Positions 27,526 to 36,665 of a stretch of 64,000 nt of DNA are shown here, piece after piece; position 1 is the first letter of the stretch, and each line of letters starts with the position of its first letter. The notes under the pieces were generated by a model that saw only the letters and a list, made by a program, of their open reading frames with translations, ran no database searches and had not been told where the DNA came from. Location: NCBI GenBank assembly GCA_035534695.1, contig DATLRN010000010.1, forward strand, positions 21,333 through 85,332, given 5' to 3'. The DNA is from Candidatus Dormiibacterota bacterium. Lineage in GTDB: Bacteria; Chloroflexota; Dormibacteria; Aeolococcales; Bog-877. A program made the position numbers and the translations under genes.

Positions 27526-28346
27526 GGCGCGCCGGGTGCGGAGTGAAAAGCGCGCAACGTCATCAGCTCCAAGTCCGAGGGCGGTGACGTTCTCTTCAGG
27601 TCCTGCGCAACCTTTAGCTGCCAGCCGGTGGCGCTGATCGCCTCCTTCGCCTCGACACCCGGGTGGAGATGGGTTAGGACAAGCTGGCAAGAGTCCGCGT
27701 CCGGTCGGAGCACGCCGAGGTCGGTGATCACCATGCTGGGACCGCCGCCGGTGAGGCCCAGACCCTGGCGGTCCCCGGGGCCTGCGCCGAAGCCGACTGA
27801 GGTGACGAAGTCCAGCTTCTCGACGAAGGTCCTTGGTGTCTGCCGGATCACGACTATGACCTCCCGGCAGCACGCCGCGATCTCCGGAGCGCCGCCGGCG
27901 CCAGGCAGACGCACGTCTGGGGACTCATAGGAACCGACCACTGTGGTGTTGAGGTTGGCGAAGCGATCGATCTGGGCCGCACCCAGGAACCCCACATCAA
28001 CTCTTCCTGCTTGGAGCCAGTAGTTGAAGATCTCGGGCACCGAGACGACGGCGTCGGCAGTATCTGCCAGCTCGCCGTCTCCGATGGAAAGCGGCGGGCG
28101 GACGGGCTTAGCTCCTATCGTCCCTGACTCGTAGATCAGAACCAGGTTGGGCGCTGACACCCTTCTAGCCAGGTTTGCCGCGACCGACGGTACCCCGATG
28201 CCCACAAAGCAGACCGCTCGGTCGCGAAGGACGCGCGCTGCGGCGACCGTCATCATCTCCTCAGCGCTGTAGCCGCGCTGAGGTCTCCTCGCCTCAGGCG
28301 AAGCCAGATCGGGGCTGGGAAGCGCTGTTCCCCTACGAATCGCCAC
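27522..28346 (-). CDS. pcaJ: 3-oxoadipate CoA-transferase subunit B
   Basis: YSAEEMMTVAAARVLRD...VLIYESGTIG matches the CoA-transferase B subunit pattern. The start is uncertain: a GTG at 28346 or the ATGs near 28260. Confidence 0.75.
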   Translation of the reverse strand: MAIRRGTALPSPDLASPEARRPQRGYSAEEMMTVAAARVLRDRAVCFVGIGVPSVAANLARRVSAPNLVLIYESGTIGAKPVRPPLSIGDGELADTADAVVSVPEIFNYWLQAGRVDVGFLGAAQIDRFANLNTTVVGSYESPDVRLPGAGGAPEIAACCREVIVVIRQTPRTFVEKLDFVTSVGFGAGPGDRQGLGLTGGGPSMVITDLGVLRPDADSCQLVLTHLHPGVEAKEAISATGWQLKVAQDLKRTSPPSDLELMTLRAFHSAPGAP

Positions 28347-29196
28347 GCTCGCCTTCTTTGTTCCAGCCCACCGGCCCCGACGTCGGCGCATTACTCATCA
28401 CGTTCTTGTCCATCCAGTCAACGAAGCGGCCCCGGTCGCGGCTGATCTCGTCCCAGGCTTGGTAGAAGTCGTTGTCCCGCGATGAGTAGCCGGCAGCATA
28501 GGAGGGGTGGGCACCGCCCGGCGCCAACGCCACCGCGTTTATCACCCAGTTTGGCAAAAGCGTAGCTCCGGGTCCAGTTGGGACGAGCTGGTCGACGACC
28601 TCCTCCACTGTCACAAGAGATCGCGTGGCCGACAGCACGGCCTCCTTCTGAACTCCTTGGATACCCCAAAACAGCACATTGCCACTACGGTCTGCCTGTT
28701 GCGCGTGAACGATGGCCACGTCGGGGTGAAGTGCCGCCACGGCCGCCAGGCGCTCACCTGTAAAGGGGCAGGAGATCTCTGCTACGGTCCTGGAGTAGCG
28801 TCCCAAGTCAGTTCCGGCGTAACCCCTCAGAACCGCGAATGGGAGCCCGGACGCGCCTGCCACATAGCGATTGGCAAGTCCGGCGTGACTGTGCTCGTCA
28901 GTCTCCAGCCGCTGGGGCCATCCATGCTCCACGGCGTCTCTGAACCGGTGCAGGGACCCGACGCCCGGGTTGCCCCCCCAGGAGAAGACCAGCCGGTCAG
29001 CGCAACCCATCCCAATCATTTGATCGTATAGAAGATCTGGGGTCAGCCTAATCAGGGTCAGGTGACGCCGTCGCTGTCTGATTATCTCGTGGCCCGCCGC
29101 ATAGGGAATGAGGTGTGTGAAGCCCTCCATTGCCACGCTGTCACCATCGCTCACCAGGTTTGCCACGGCATCTCGGAGGGTCATCAGTTCGGCCAT
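28333..29196 (-). CDS. pcaI: 3-oxoadipate CoA-transferase subunit A
   Basis: MAELMTLRDAVANLVSDGDSVAMEGFTHLIP is a CoA-transferase A subunit N-terminus. It is the first gene of the pca operon. Confidence 0.8.
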   Translation of the reverse strand: MAELMTLRDAVANLVSDGDSVAMEGFTHLIPYAAGHEIIRQRRRHLTLIRLTPDLLYDQMIGMGCADRLVFSWGGNPGVGSLHRFRDAVEHGWPQRLETDEHSHAGLANRYVAGASGLPFAVLRGYAGTDLGRYSRTVAEISCPFTGERLAAVAALHPDVAIVHAQQADRSGNVLFWGIQGVQKEAVLSATRSLVTVEEVVDQLVPTGPGATLLPNWVINAVALAPGGAHPSYAAGYSSRDNDFYQAWDEISRDRGRFVDWMDKNVMSNAPTSGPVGWNKEGERGDS

Positions 29197-29201
29197 ACCC
29201 G

Positions 29202-29211
29202 CCCCCCCCCC
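29202..29211 (-). repeat. G10 homopolymer (C10 on + strand) at positions -15 to -6 of the pcaI start codon
   Basis: Read directly from the sequence: ...gcaagc GGGGGGGGGG c ggg t ATG on the minus strand. Confidence 0.9.
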
Positions 29212-29615
29212 GCTTGCAGACTGGAAGGTGTCACAGCGGTTCGACCTTTGTTCTTGGGGGCGTCTTCACCGCGAGCTGGCCGATCGTCTCTGAGTGGTCT
29301 GCGGCAGTGCTGTCGCCGCTAGCCGCGGACATTGACACTGCGGAGCCAAAGCTCTTGATCGCGCATCGCTAGCCCCCGACTGTCGCCCGGCCATGAGTCA
29401 GACTCGAGAACACGGCCTCGGTGCCAGCCGGTAGCCCCTGTCACTCGCGGGGTAAGTTTCTCCGGAGTTCCCAGCCGTCTGCCTCGCCGGCATGGCTTAC
29501 GTGTCGATGCGGACCCAGGACACCTCCAGCTAGCTTCCGTGCTTCCGCCCGGCGAATCTGGTGGCATGAACGGCTCCTCCGGGGCGGCGGCGAGGGCCAT
29601 GGGCCTCGGATTGTC

Positions 29616-29632
29616 CTGTGCGCATGACGTAC
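29616..29632 (+). promoter_or_regulatory. candidate operator-like motif CTGTGCGCATnnCGTAC (copy 1)
   Basis: 15 of 17 positions are identical to a site at 38845-38861 (minus strand) upstream of the ABC binding-protein gene. Both copies lie in the intergenic regions of the IclR-linked aromatic island. Confidence 0.3.
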
Positions 29633-29992
29633 ACATGGACAAACTACGAACACCTCATGCTAAGTGCTATCGCTTCTCCTGTCAACGAATTCGGCTGCAG
29701 GTGTGGAAGTTGAGGACCAACCATCCGGTCAGATCTCTGCCCCCATGCTTCCGCTTGACGAATCCCGCGGCGGAGCGAGGGCTGAGATATGCCCCGCAGG
29801 GGGCCATCGGAGCCAGGGCTGGCGTGACGTCGGCGACGGCTACTCCCGGCACGGTCGGACGCAGATCATCCCTGACGGAAATGTCAGCCTGGGCACGGTC
29901 ATCCATTCCAGCACTGGGTTCGCGCTCTGTCGCAAGAGGCGGCACAATCTCGGTGCTATACTCGGCCGACCCATCTTAGGGAGGTGCGGATA

Positions 29993-30256
29993 GTGCTCTC
30001 TCCGACGCATTTGGTGCTGTTTCTCTTCTTGGTCCTACTCGCGCTAGTTGTCTTCGGTCCCAAGCGGCTACCTGAACTCGGTAGCAGCGTAGGCAAGGCC
30101 ATCCAAGAATTTAGGAAGGCATCTGAGTCATCGCTCCGAGAGGTGAGAACGGTCACCACTACAGTGACCGACGCCGTGCATCAGCCGGTGGCCCCTAGCA
30201 GCGCTGATGTCAGCACACCGGTAGAAGCAGTTGGGGACGCAGAGCCGCACGTCTGA
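29993..30256 (+). CDS. tatA: twin-arginine translocase subunit TatA/E
   Basis: LVLFLFLVLLALVVFGPKRLPELGSSVGKAIQEFRKA is the TatA signature. GTG 29993 is placed 9 nt after GGAGG. Confidence 0.8.
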   Translation: MLSPTHLVLFLFLVLLALVVFGPKRLPELGSSVGKAIQEFRKASESSLREVRTVTTTVTDAVHQPVAPSSADVSTPVEAVGDAEPHV

Positions 30257-30409
30257 TCTAAAGGTGGTCACAGGCCCAGCGCTGGATCTTTGCCCGTTCA
30301 GTTGGTGAACGGTCGACGGGCTCAAGCCACGTCCGGTGCGCCCGCGAGTTAACCGGCACGCGACGGCCGCGGTCACCTGGGGCGAAGCGGAAGCGTCAGA
30401 GGGCCGGAG

Positions 30410-31204
30410 ATGACCAGCGGCCCGCTGGAGGCAGTCGATCCAGCGATTCCGCCCGGGGATTCGCCGCCTGAGGCTGACGAGCGCCAGATGCCGCTCCTGG
30501 AACATCTAGAAGAACTGCGGCGCGTTGTCCTCATCAGCATGGTCGCTTGGGCGGTTGCTACCGGAGCGGCCTTCGTATTCAGCCGACAACTGATCTCCAT
30601 CTTGGAGCAGCCTCTACTCTTGGCACTGCACCACACCCACTCCCCGTTTGGACGTGACATCGTCTTCGGCAGTCCGATTGAGGGGCTCTCGATTCCGTTC
30701 AAGGTGGCGGCGGCCGCGGGCGTCGTGCTGTCATTGCCGATCACGGTCTGGCAGATCTGGACCTTCGTCAGGCCGGGACTGCTTCGGGCCGAGCGCAACC
30801 TCGCTTTCCCCTTCATTTTTGGCACGCTCTTCTTCTTCGCACTAGGTGGACTGTTCGCCTACTTTGTCCTCCCCGTAGGACTCACGTTTCTGGCGACATT
30901 CCTGGGGACAAATGCGGTCTACCTTCCCGACCTCAACTCCTATCTGACCTTCCTCGCGCTCGTCGTTCTGATCTTCGGGGTTACCTTCGAGATGCCGGTA
31001 GTTCTCTGCACCCTTGGAGCGGTGAAGATTCTCAGTAGCGCCAAGCTGCGGCGGTGGCGCAAGGCGTCGTACTTCGTCATCGTAGGGGTATCTCTTATCG
31101 TCACCCCCGGAGCTGACCCCTTCACGCCCACGTTCCTTTCGCTCGCGCTACTCGTGCTCTATGAAGGCAGCATCCTGGTCATCGCCCATGCCCTGCACAA
31201 CTGA
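30410..31204 (+). CDS. tatC: twin-arginine translocase subunit TatC
   Basis: MPLLEHLEELRRVVLISM is followed by six TM segments. The exact start is uncertain (30410 or the internal ATG before PLLEHL). Confidence 0.8.
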   Translation: MTSGPLEAVDPAIPPGDSPPEADERQMPLLEHLEELRRVVLISMVAWAVATGAAFVFSRQLISILEQPLLLALHHTHSPFGRDIVFGSPIEGLSIPFKVAAAAGVVLSLPITVWQIWTFVRPGLLRAERNLAFPFIFGTLFFFALGGLFAYFVLPVGLTFLATFLGTNAVYLPDLNSYLTFLALVVLIFGVTFEMPVVLCTLGAVKILSSAKLRRWRKASYFVIVGVSLIVTPGADPFTPTFLSLALLVLYEGSILVIAHALHN

Positions 31205-31233
31205 TCGGCGCCCACGTCACTGCTTTGCCCCTC

Positions 31234-32421
31234 CTAGCGAATCAGCGGCAAGCCCACATAGTTCTCGGCGAGCGAGGCTGCGGCCGCAAGGCTGTTGACC
31301 GTGTAGTCTTGACGAGCTCGCTGAAGTCGGCGGGCAAACGAGTCGTCCGTACGATTCAGGTGCATCAGATTCGTCAAAGTGATCGAGAAACTCTGGGCCT
31401 TCCACACCCTTGCGAGACAGCGCTGGTTGTACGCTTCCAGGCCAGCTGTATCGCCCCGTTTGAAGTAGCGCGTGAAGGCGTCGGCGAGAAAACTGACATC
31501 CGTCATCGCCAAATTCAATCCCTTAGCACCTGTTGGGGGGACGATGTGGGCGGCGTCGCCAGCCAGAAATAGCTTGCCGTAGCGCATCGGCTCTACCACA
31601 AGACTGCGCATCGGGGTAATGCTCTTATCAAGGATCGGCCCTTGATTCAGTTTCCAGCCGGGAGCGCCGAGGCGTGTCTGCAACTCTTGCCAGATCCTGT
31701 CGTCGGACCAGTTAGCGATGTCTTCGGTCGGCTCGACCTGGAGATACAGACGGGAGATCTCGGGTGATCGCAGACTATGAAGCGCAAAGCCGCGTTCATG
31801 GAAGGAGTAGATCAGCTCATCGGTAGAAGGGGGCACCTGGGCCAATACCCCCAGCCATGCGAAGGGGAATTGACGCTGATGTAAGGACATCACAGTTTTG
31901 GGAATGCTCTTCGGCGACTCTCCATGTGAGCCGTCGCAGCCAGCGACGAAGTCGCACTCCAGCCGTTCGACGCTGCCGTGGTACTCGTATCGAATGACGG
32001 GACCGCCAGATGTGTAGGGGCTGATTCCATCGACGGCGATCACCTTTGCGTTGAACAGTAGCTTCCGCCCTGCGGCTAACCGTGCCTCCGTCAGATCCTT
32101 GACCACCTCCTGCTGCCCGTACACCGTGATCGTGCGCCCATTTGTCAAATTGGCGAGATCGATTCGGTGCCGCTCTCCATTGAACTGCAGGTAGATTCCG
32201 CGGTGAACCAAACCCTCTGTGTGGAGCCGCCGGGCCAATTGCAACGAGTCCAATATGTCAACCGTGCCTTGCTCCAGCACCCCGGCGCGGATCCGGGCTT
32301 CGGCATAGGCCCGGTCCCGATCCTCGAGCACGATGGTATCGATATCCTGTGCCGCCAGCAGTTCCCCTAGCAGCAGTCCAGCTGGCCCACCGCCGACGAT
32401 GCCGACCTGGGTCCTGTTCAC
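31234..32421 (-). CDS. pobA: 4-hydroxybenzoate 3-monooxygenase
   Basis: It has the FAD-binding motif VGIVGGGPAGLLLG, DGSHG, and LFLAGDAAHIVPPTGAKGLNLA. Confidence 0.85.
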   Translation of the reverse strand: MNRTQVGIVGGGPAGLLLGELLAAQDIDTIVLEDRDRAYAEARIRAGVLEQGTVDILDSLQLARRLHTEGLVHRGIYLQFNGERHRIDLANLTNGRTITVYGQQEVVKDLTEARLAAGRKLLFNAKVIAVDGISPYTSGGPVIRYEYHGSVERLECDFVAGCDGSHGESPKSIPKTVMSLHQRQFPFAWLGVLAQVPPSTDELIYSFHERGFALHSLRSPEISRLYLQVEPTEDIANWSDDRIWQELQTRLGAPGWKLNQGPILDKSITPMRSLVVEPMRYGKLFLAGDAAHIVPPTGAKGLNLAMTDVSFLADAFTRYFKRGDTAGLEAYNQRCLARVWKAQSFSITLTNLMHLNRTDDSFARRLQRARQDYTVNSLAAAASLAENYVGLPLIR

Positions 32422-32466
32422 GGGAGGATGCCCTCCATCTGAAGCGACCGCAAACGCGTTCCTAAC

Positions 32467-33927
32467 TCAGATGGGAAACGGGCGGTGACCCATCTGCAGG
32501 GTGATCCAGCGCAGGGACGTGAATGCTTCGATCCCTGCTTGACCGCCGAAGCGGCCGTATCCGGAGTCACCAATCCCGCCGAATGGTGCTTGCGCCTCAT
32601 CGTCCACCGACTGGTCGTTGATATGAACGATGCCAGTGTGCAGCCTTCGGGCGATGACATAGCCGCGGCGAACATCCTCGGTCAGAATGCCCGCAGTCAG
32701 ACCGTACGCGGTGCTGTTGGCTGAATCGACCGCTTCGTCCTCATTGTCGAAGATCCCAACGGCACAGACCGGACCGAAAATCTCTTCTCTGGCGAGACGC
32801 GAGCCGCTGCTCACTCCAGTCAACACCGTAGCCGCGAACAGTGCCCCTTCGGCTGGACCGCCGCCCACTTCGACCTTGGACCCGGCCGCCACCGCTTCTT
32901 CGACCAGCTCGGCGACGCGCTGTGCGGCATCAGCATGGATCAATGGCCCAATGACGGTTTTGGGATCGCGAGGATCTCCACTCGCTAAGGAGCCAGCCTT
33001 GGTCCTGAGCAGGTCGACGAATTCATCAGCGGCTCGACGTTGAACAAGAACCCGGTCCGCCGACATACAGATCTGCCCCGAGTTCATGTACGCTGCGAAG
33101 GCAACTGCGTTGGCGGCGTAGTTGAGGTCGGCATCGTCCAGCACGATCAAGGAGTTCTTTCCACCCAACTCTAGGACGGCCGGCTTAAGGTGTTTGGCTG
33201 CCAGACCTCCGATAATCCGACCAACACGGGTCGAGCCGGTAAAGCTCACCCTGGTCACCCGTGGGTCCGATATCAGGGCCTCTGCGATCTGCGCTGCTTC
33301 GCTCGGGTCGTTGGTCACGACGTTGCAAACCCCGGCTGGAAGGCCGGCCTCTCGCAGAAGGTCGGCCAGGCTGAGCCCGGAGGTCAGCGGCGCCTGTTCA
33401 CTTGGTTTCATCACAACTGTGTTGCCTGTGGCGATGGCAATCGCCACCGAGCGAATGCCCAGGATGAGGGGAGCGTTCCAAGGGGCGAAGGCAGCTACCA
33501 CGCCGCTCGGTTGGCGGATCGCCAGAGAGAGAGCACCCGGAGTGTCGGTGGCGAGCACCTGACCCAGGGGATGGGTGGTTGCCGCCGCAGCCTCGCGCAG
33601 GATTGAGGCCGCAAAACCAGCGTTGAACATGCCCCAGCCGAAGGTGGAGCCGGTCTCCGCCGTCATCGCCGCAGTCAGCTCCGGAGCTTTGGCTTCCATC
33701 AGGTCAGCGGCCTTGAGGAAGATACTCCGGCGCTCGCTCGGTGAGCTCTGGGACCAACTCGGGAAGGCCTTGGCAGCGCTTTCGACAGCACGGCCCACGT
33801 CAATCGGCTTGGCGGCGGCCACAGTCGCGACCAAGTCGCCCGTGTAGGGGTCCGTATCGGAGAAGCTAGCGCCATCCTGCGCCTGGACTTCCTCGTCCCC
33901 AATCAAAAGACCGCGGCTGGTGCTCAT
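32467..33927 (-). CDS. NAD(P)-dependent aldehyde dehydrogenase (aromatic aldehyde type plausible)
   Basis: VLELGGKN and GQICMSADR (catalytic Cys region) are present, and the layout is ALDH-like. ATG 33927 is preceded by AGGAG. Confidence 0.8.
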   Translation of the reverse strand: MSTSRGLLIGDEEVQAQDGASFSDTDPYTGDLVATVAAAKPIDVGRAVESAAKAFPSWSQSSPSERRSIFLKAADLMEAKAPELTAAMTAETGSTFGWGMFNAGFAASILREAAAATTHPLGQVLATDTPGALSLAIRQPSGVVAAFAPWNAPLILGIRSVAIAIATGNTVVMKPSEQAPLTSGLSLADLLREAGLPAGVCNVVTNDPSEAAQIAEALISDPRVTRVSFTGSTRVGRIIGGLAAKHLKPAVLELGGKNSLIVLDDADLNYAANAVAFAAYMNSGQICMSADRVLVQRRAADEFVDLLRTKAGSLASGDPRDPKTVIGPLIHADAAQRVAELVEEAVAAGSKVEVGGGPAEGALFAATVLTGVSSGSRLAREEIFGPVCAVGIFDNEDEAVDSANSTAYGLTAGILTEDVRRGYVIARRLHTGIVHINDQSVDDEAQAPFGGIGDSGYGRFGGQAGIEAFTSLRWITLQMGHRPFPI

Positions 33928-33973
33928 AGTATGGCTCCTAGTGAGATTCCCGGGGTGCACGTGATCCCAGTCA

Positions 33974-35053
33974 TCAATTCCGACGTGGCACCGGACCATG
34001 TATCCGGCGGGTTCGGCGAGGCCCCTCCTGTACGTCAGGGCTGGGCGGACCGCTGCTCGGCTCGGGAGGCTCGCCGTTGAGGTAATAGCCCACTGAGAAG
34101 AGCCGGAAACTGCTCCTGGAGGTCCAGAAACCCCATAGTCCGCCTCTCACCCAGATCGCCACGGCCATGGCTAGCGCGCCGACCAGCACGAGATACCAGC
34201 CGTTGTACTGAGAGAGTGTCTGCTGTAGCACGATAAAGACGATCGAACCGATGATAGGTCCCTCCACAGTGCCCATGCCGCCAATCAGGACCGCGAAGAT
34301 CATGTAGGCGGTCCACTGGATGTCGAAGACGTTGGCTGCTTGAACGTCGAGTTGGCTGATCGCGATAATCGCGCCGACCGCAGCGCAGCCCGCTGCGGAA
34401 AGCAGGTAGACAAGTAGCTTGGCGCGGCGAACTTTACCTCCCACGCTGCGTGCAGCCAAGTCGTTGTCGCGCATGGCTGTCAGTAACAAGCCCAGCCTGC
34501 TCCGCATCAATAGGAAGATCGAAAGTACGGAGACCACGGCCACTGCCAGGGCCGCCCAGTAGGTGTCGTTGATCAGGGCGGCAGCGTTGAAGTTGATTAG
34601 CCCTGGTACCGACGCACCTGTGCCAGCGCCGAGAGACGGGATGGCTGTGATGACGAGAGAGGCCACCACCGCCAGAACCCAAGTGGCGATCGCAAAGTAG
34701 CCTCCCGAGAGACGGAAAAGGAGAAACGAGGCAGGTACGGCGAGGACGGTGCCTACGAGGACGGCCGCAGGAATCCCTAAGAAAGCATTGATGCCATGTT
34801 GGGCCACCACCAGAACGGTATAGGCGCCGATCCCGATATAGGCCTGCTGACCCACGGAGACAAGCCCTCCGTAACCAGCGAGCACGTTCCACATACTCGC
34901 TAAGGCTAGGAGAATAAAGAGGTTGGTGAGGACATCAGTGTTGCCCTGCCCCACCAGAAAGGGGGCGACGGCCAAAAGTAGCAGGACTACGATTCCGGCG
35001 CCCCCGGCGAACAGACCCGAGTGTGGGGAGCGGGTAACCCTCGCTCGTGCCAT
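33974..35053 (-). CDS. HAAT-family ABC transporter permease (LivM-like)
   Basis: It is polytopic. The ATG shares one base with the upstream stop (TGATG). Confidence 0.75.
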   Translation of the reverse strand: MARARVTRSPHSGLFAGGAGIVVLLLLAVAPFLVGQGNTDVLTNLFILLALASMWNVLAGYGGLVSVGQQAYIGIGAYTVLVVAQHGINAFLGIPAAVLVGTVLAVPASFLLFRLSGGYFAIATWVLAVVASLVITAIPSLGAGTGASVPGLINFNAAALINDTYWAALAVAVVSVLSIFLLMRSRLGLLLTAMRDNDLAARSVGGKVRRAKLLVYLLSAAGCAAVGAIIAISQLDVQAANVFDIQWTAYMIFAVLIGGMGTVEGPIIGSIVFIVLQQTLSQYNGWYLVLVGALAMAVAIWVRGGLWGFWTSRSSFRLFSVGYYLNGEPPEPSSGPPSPDVQEGPRRTRRIHGPVPRRN

Positions 35054-35922
35054 CAGGCAGTTACCCGGCGAGGAAAGAAACCCTGTGGTCGGACTGCGAG
35101 TACCGCGAGGAACACTAAATGGGGCGCGAGGGCGCCGTAGTTCGGACTCAGCGTCAGACCAACGGTCACCGCGACTCCCAAGACGATGCCCCCAACCAGG
35201 GTGCCCCAAAGCGAACCAAGCCCGCCGATTACCACCGCCTCGAATCCGTAGATCAGGTAGTTGGGTCCGGCAGTAGGCGAGATCTGCGAGTACATGGTCA
35301 AGGAGAGGCCGGCCAAAGCCACCGTTCCGAAGGCGACCGCTGCGGCAACTCCAAAAATGTGGCGATAGTTCACTCCGATTAGCTGGGCGGCCTCACGGTC
35401 GTCGGCGACCGCCCGGATGATCCTGCCCATCCGAGTCTTGGACAGGCCCAACTGAATCAGCACCAAAGCCAGTACGGCAACTCCGAGGATGGTCATAGAG
35501 AGATAACCCAGGGAGATCTGGCTACTGACGACGACGGAGCCCACGCTGAATGCGCCCAAGGCGAGGGAGTGGCCATTGGCGGAGAACAATTCCAAGAGTA
35601 GATTCTCGATCACAACCGACATGCCCAGCGTTACTAGGAGGGGGGTGAGATGGCTCGACTCCAAGCTCGGCTGAAATATCAGTCGCTGTACCAAATACCC
35701 GCCCACCATCATCGCCGCAACTACGATGAGGAAGACCACGAGGGGGGGTAGGTGCAGGGCGGGAATCAACGCTACCGCCAGGTAGCCGGCGACAACCGCG
35801 ATGTCGCCGTGTGCCAGGTTGAGGACCCCCATCACGCCGTAGAGCAAAGAGAGCCCCGCGGCAAACAGGGCTAGAAGTCCGCCCAAAAAGATGCCCTGGA
35901 TGACCGAGTCGGCCCAGATCAC
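35053..35922 (-). CDS. HAAT-family ABC transporter permease (LivH-like)
   Basis: It is polytopic, and VMGVLNLAHGD is typical of LivH. Confidence 0.75.
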   Translation of the reverse strand: MIWADSVIQGIFLGGLLALFAAGLSLLYGVMGVLNLAHGDIAVVAGYLAVALIPALHLPPLVVFLIVVAAMMVGGYLVQRLIFQPSLESSHLTPLLVTLGMSVVIENLLLELFSANGHSLALGAFSVGSVVVSSQISLGYLSMTILGVAVLALVLIQLGLSKTRMGRIIRAVADDREAAQLIGVNYRHIFGVAAAVAFGTVALAGLSLTMYSQISPTAGPNYLIYGFEAVVIGGLGSLWGTLVGGIVLGVAVTVGLTLSPNYGALAPHLVFLAVLAVRPQGFFPRRVTA

Positions 35923-36665
35923 GCGACGACGCCTGCAGTGGCCGTTTTCACACCGAAGTAGGCGCTTTCGATCTCCCCCGGGCTGAACTGCTGGGGTTCA
36001 CCTAGCAGGGTGACCCGACCCTCAAGCAGACACTGGATACGGGAAGCGACAGAGCAGGCTTGAGCCACATCCTGTTCGACCAACACGATGGTCAGCCCGC
36101 TCACCAAGAGTTGCTTCAAAGAAGAGTAGATCTCTCGGACGACGATGGGCGCCAGACCCAGGGAGAGTTCGTCAATAAGTAGAACTTGGGGATTGGCCAT
36201 CAATGCCCTGGCGATCGCGACTGCATGCTGCTCGCCTCCGGAGAGCTGTCTCGCGCTCTGGCGCCGCCGCCCGGGCATCCAGGGGAACATGTCGTAGATA
36301 CGAGGAAGGTCCCAAGGACCTTTACGCCCTGGGTAGCCTCCCGCGAGGATATTCTCCTCGACCGTCAGCGAAGAGAAAAGGCGACGTCCCTCTGGGACCA
36401 AAGAAATACCCCGCTGGACTCGCTTGGGGCAGGGCAGCCGCGTTATATCCTCGTCGTCCAGGAGGATTCGGCCCTGACTGGACGGAAGCAGTCCCGCGAT
36501 GGCCCCGAGAAGCGAAGATTTTCCAGCCCCATTGGCACCGATCACGGCCAGGATGGTGCCTCGGGTCACTTCGAGACTGACCTCCGATACGGCCGTCAGC
36601 TGGCCGTGCTTTACGGTCAGGGCGTCGACCTGAAGCGCCATCCTGCCGCCGCCAGCCGTCATCAT
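35919..36665 (-). CDS. ABC transporter ATP-binding protein (LivF-like)
   Basis: It has Walker A (GANGAGKSS), the signature LSGGEQ, and Walker B (LLIDELSLGL). Confidence 0.8.
   Translation of the reverse strand: MMTAGGGRMALQVDALTVKHGQLTAVSEVSLEVTRGTILAVIGANGAGKSSLLGAIAGLLPSSQGRILLDDEDITRLPCPKRVQRGISLVPEGRRLFSSLTVEENILAGGYPGRKGPWDLPRIYDMFPWMPGRRRQSARQLSGGEQHAVAIARALMANPQVLLIDELSLGLAPIVVREIYSSLKQLLVSGLTIVLVEQDVAQACSVASRIQCLLEGRVTLLGEPQQFSPGEIESAYFGVKTATAGVVA

Noticed and set aside
29202-29211. The C10/G10 tract as a phase-variation switch.
   Set aside because: The tract is real, but it lies in a UTR of a catabolic operon in a non-pathogen-like genome. With a single sequence there is no evidence of length variation. 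It is reported only as a feature worth checking.
29775-29800. GGCUGAGA, reminiscent of the TPP riboswitch core, in the pcaI/tatA gap.
   Set aside because: The rest of the THI-element consensus (the ACCUGAUCUGGAUAAUGCCAGCG-like half) is absent, and no thiamine gene is downstream.
29197-29992. Possible RNase P RNA, tmRNA, SRP/4.5S or 6S RNA in the long gap.
   Set aside because: I looked on both strands for the diagnostic strings: GGAAAGUCCGG and ACAGAACCCGGCUUA for RNase P, the tRNA-like end and tag ORF for tmRNA, and GGAAGGAAGCAGC for SRP. None was found. CGGAAGCACGGAAGC on the minus strand is only superficially SRP-like.
30294-30312. 7-bp stem-loop CCGUUCA-guugg-UGAACGG between tatA and tatC.
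   Set aside because: There is no U-tract, and tatC must be expressed downstream. There is too little evidence to call it a terminator or attenuator.
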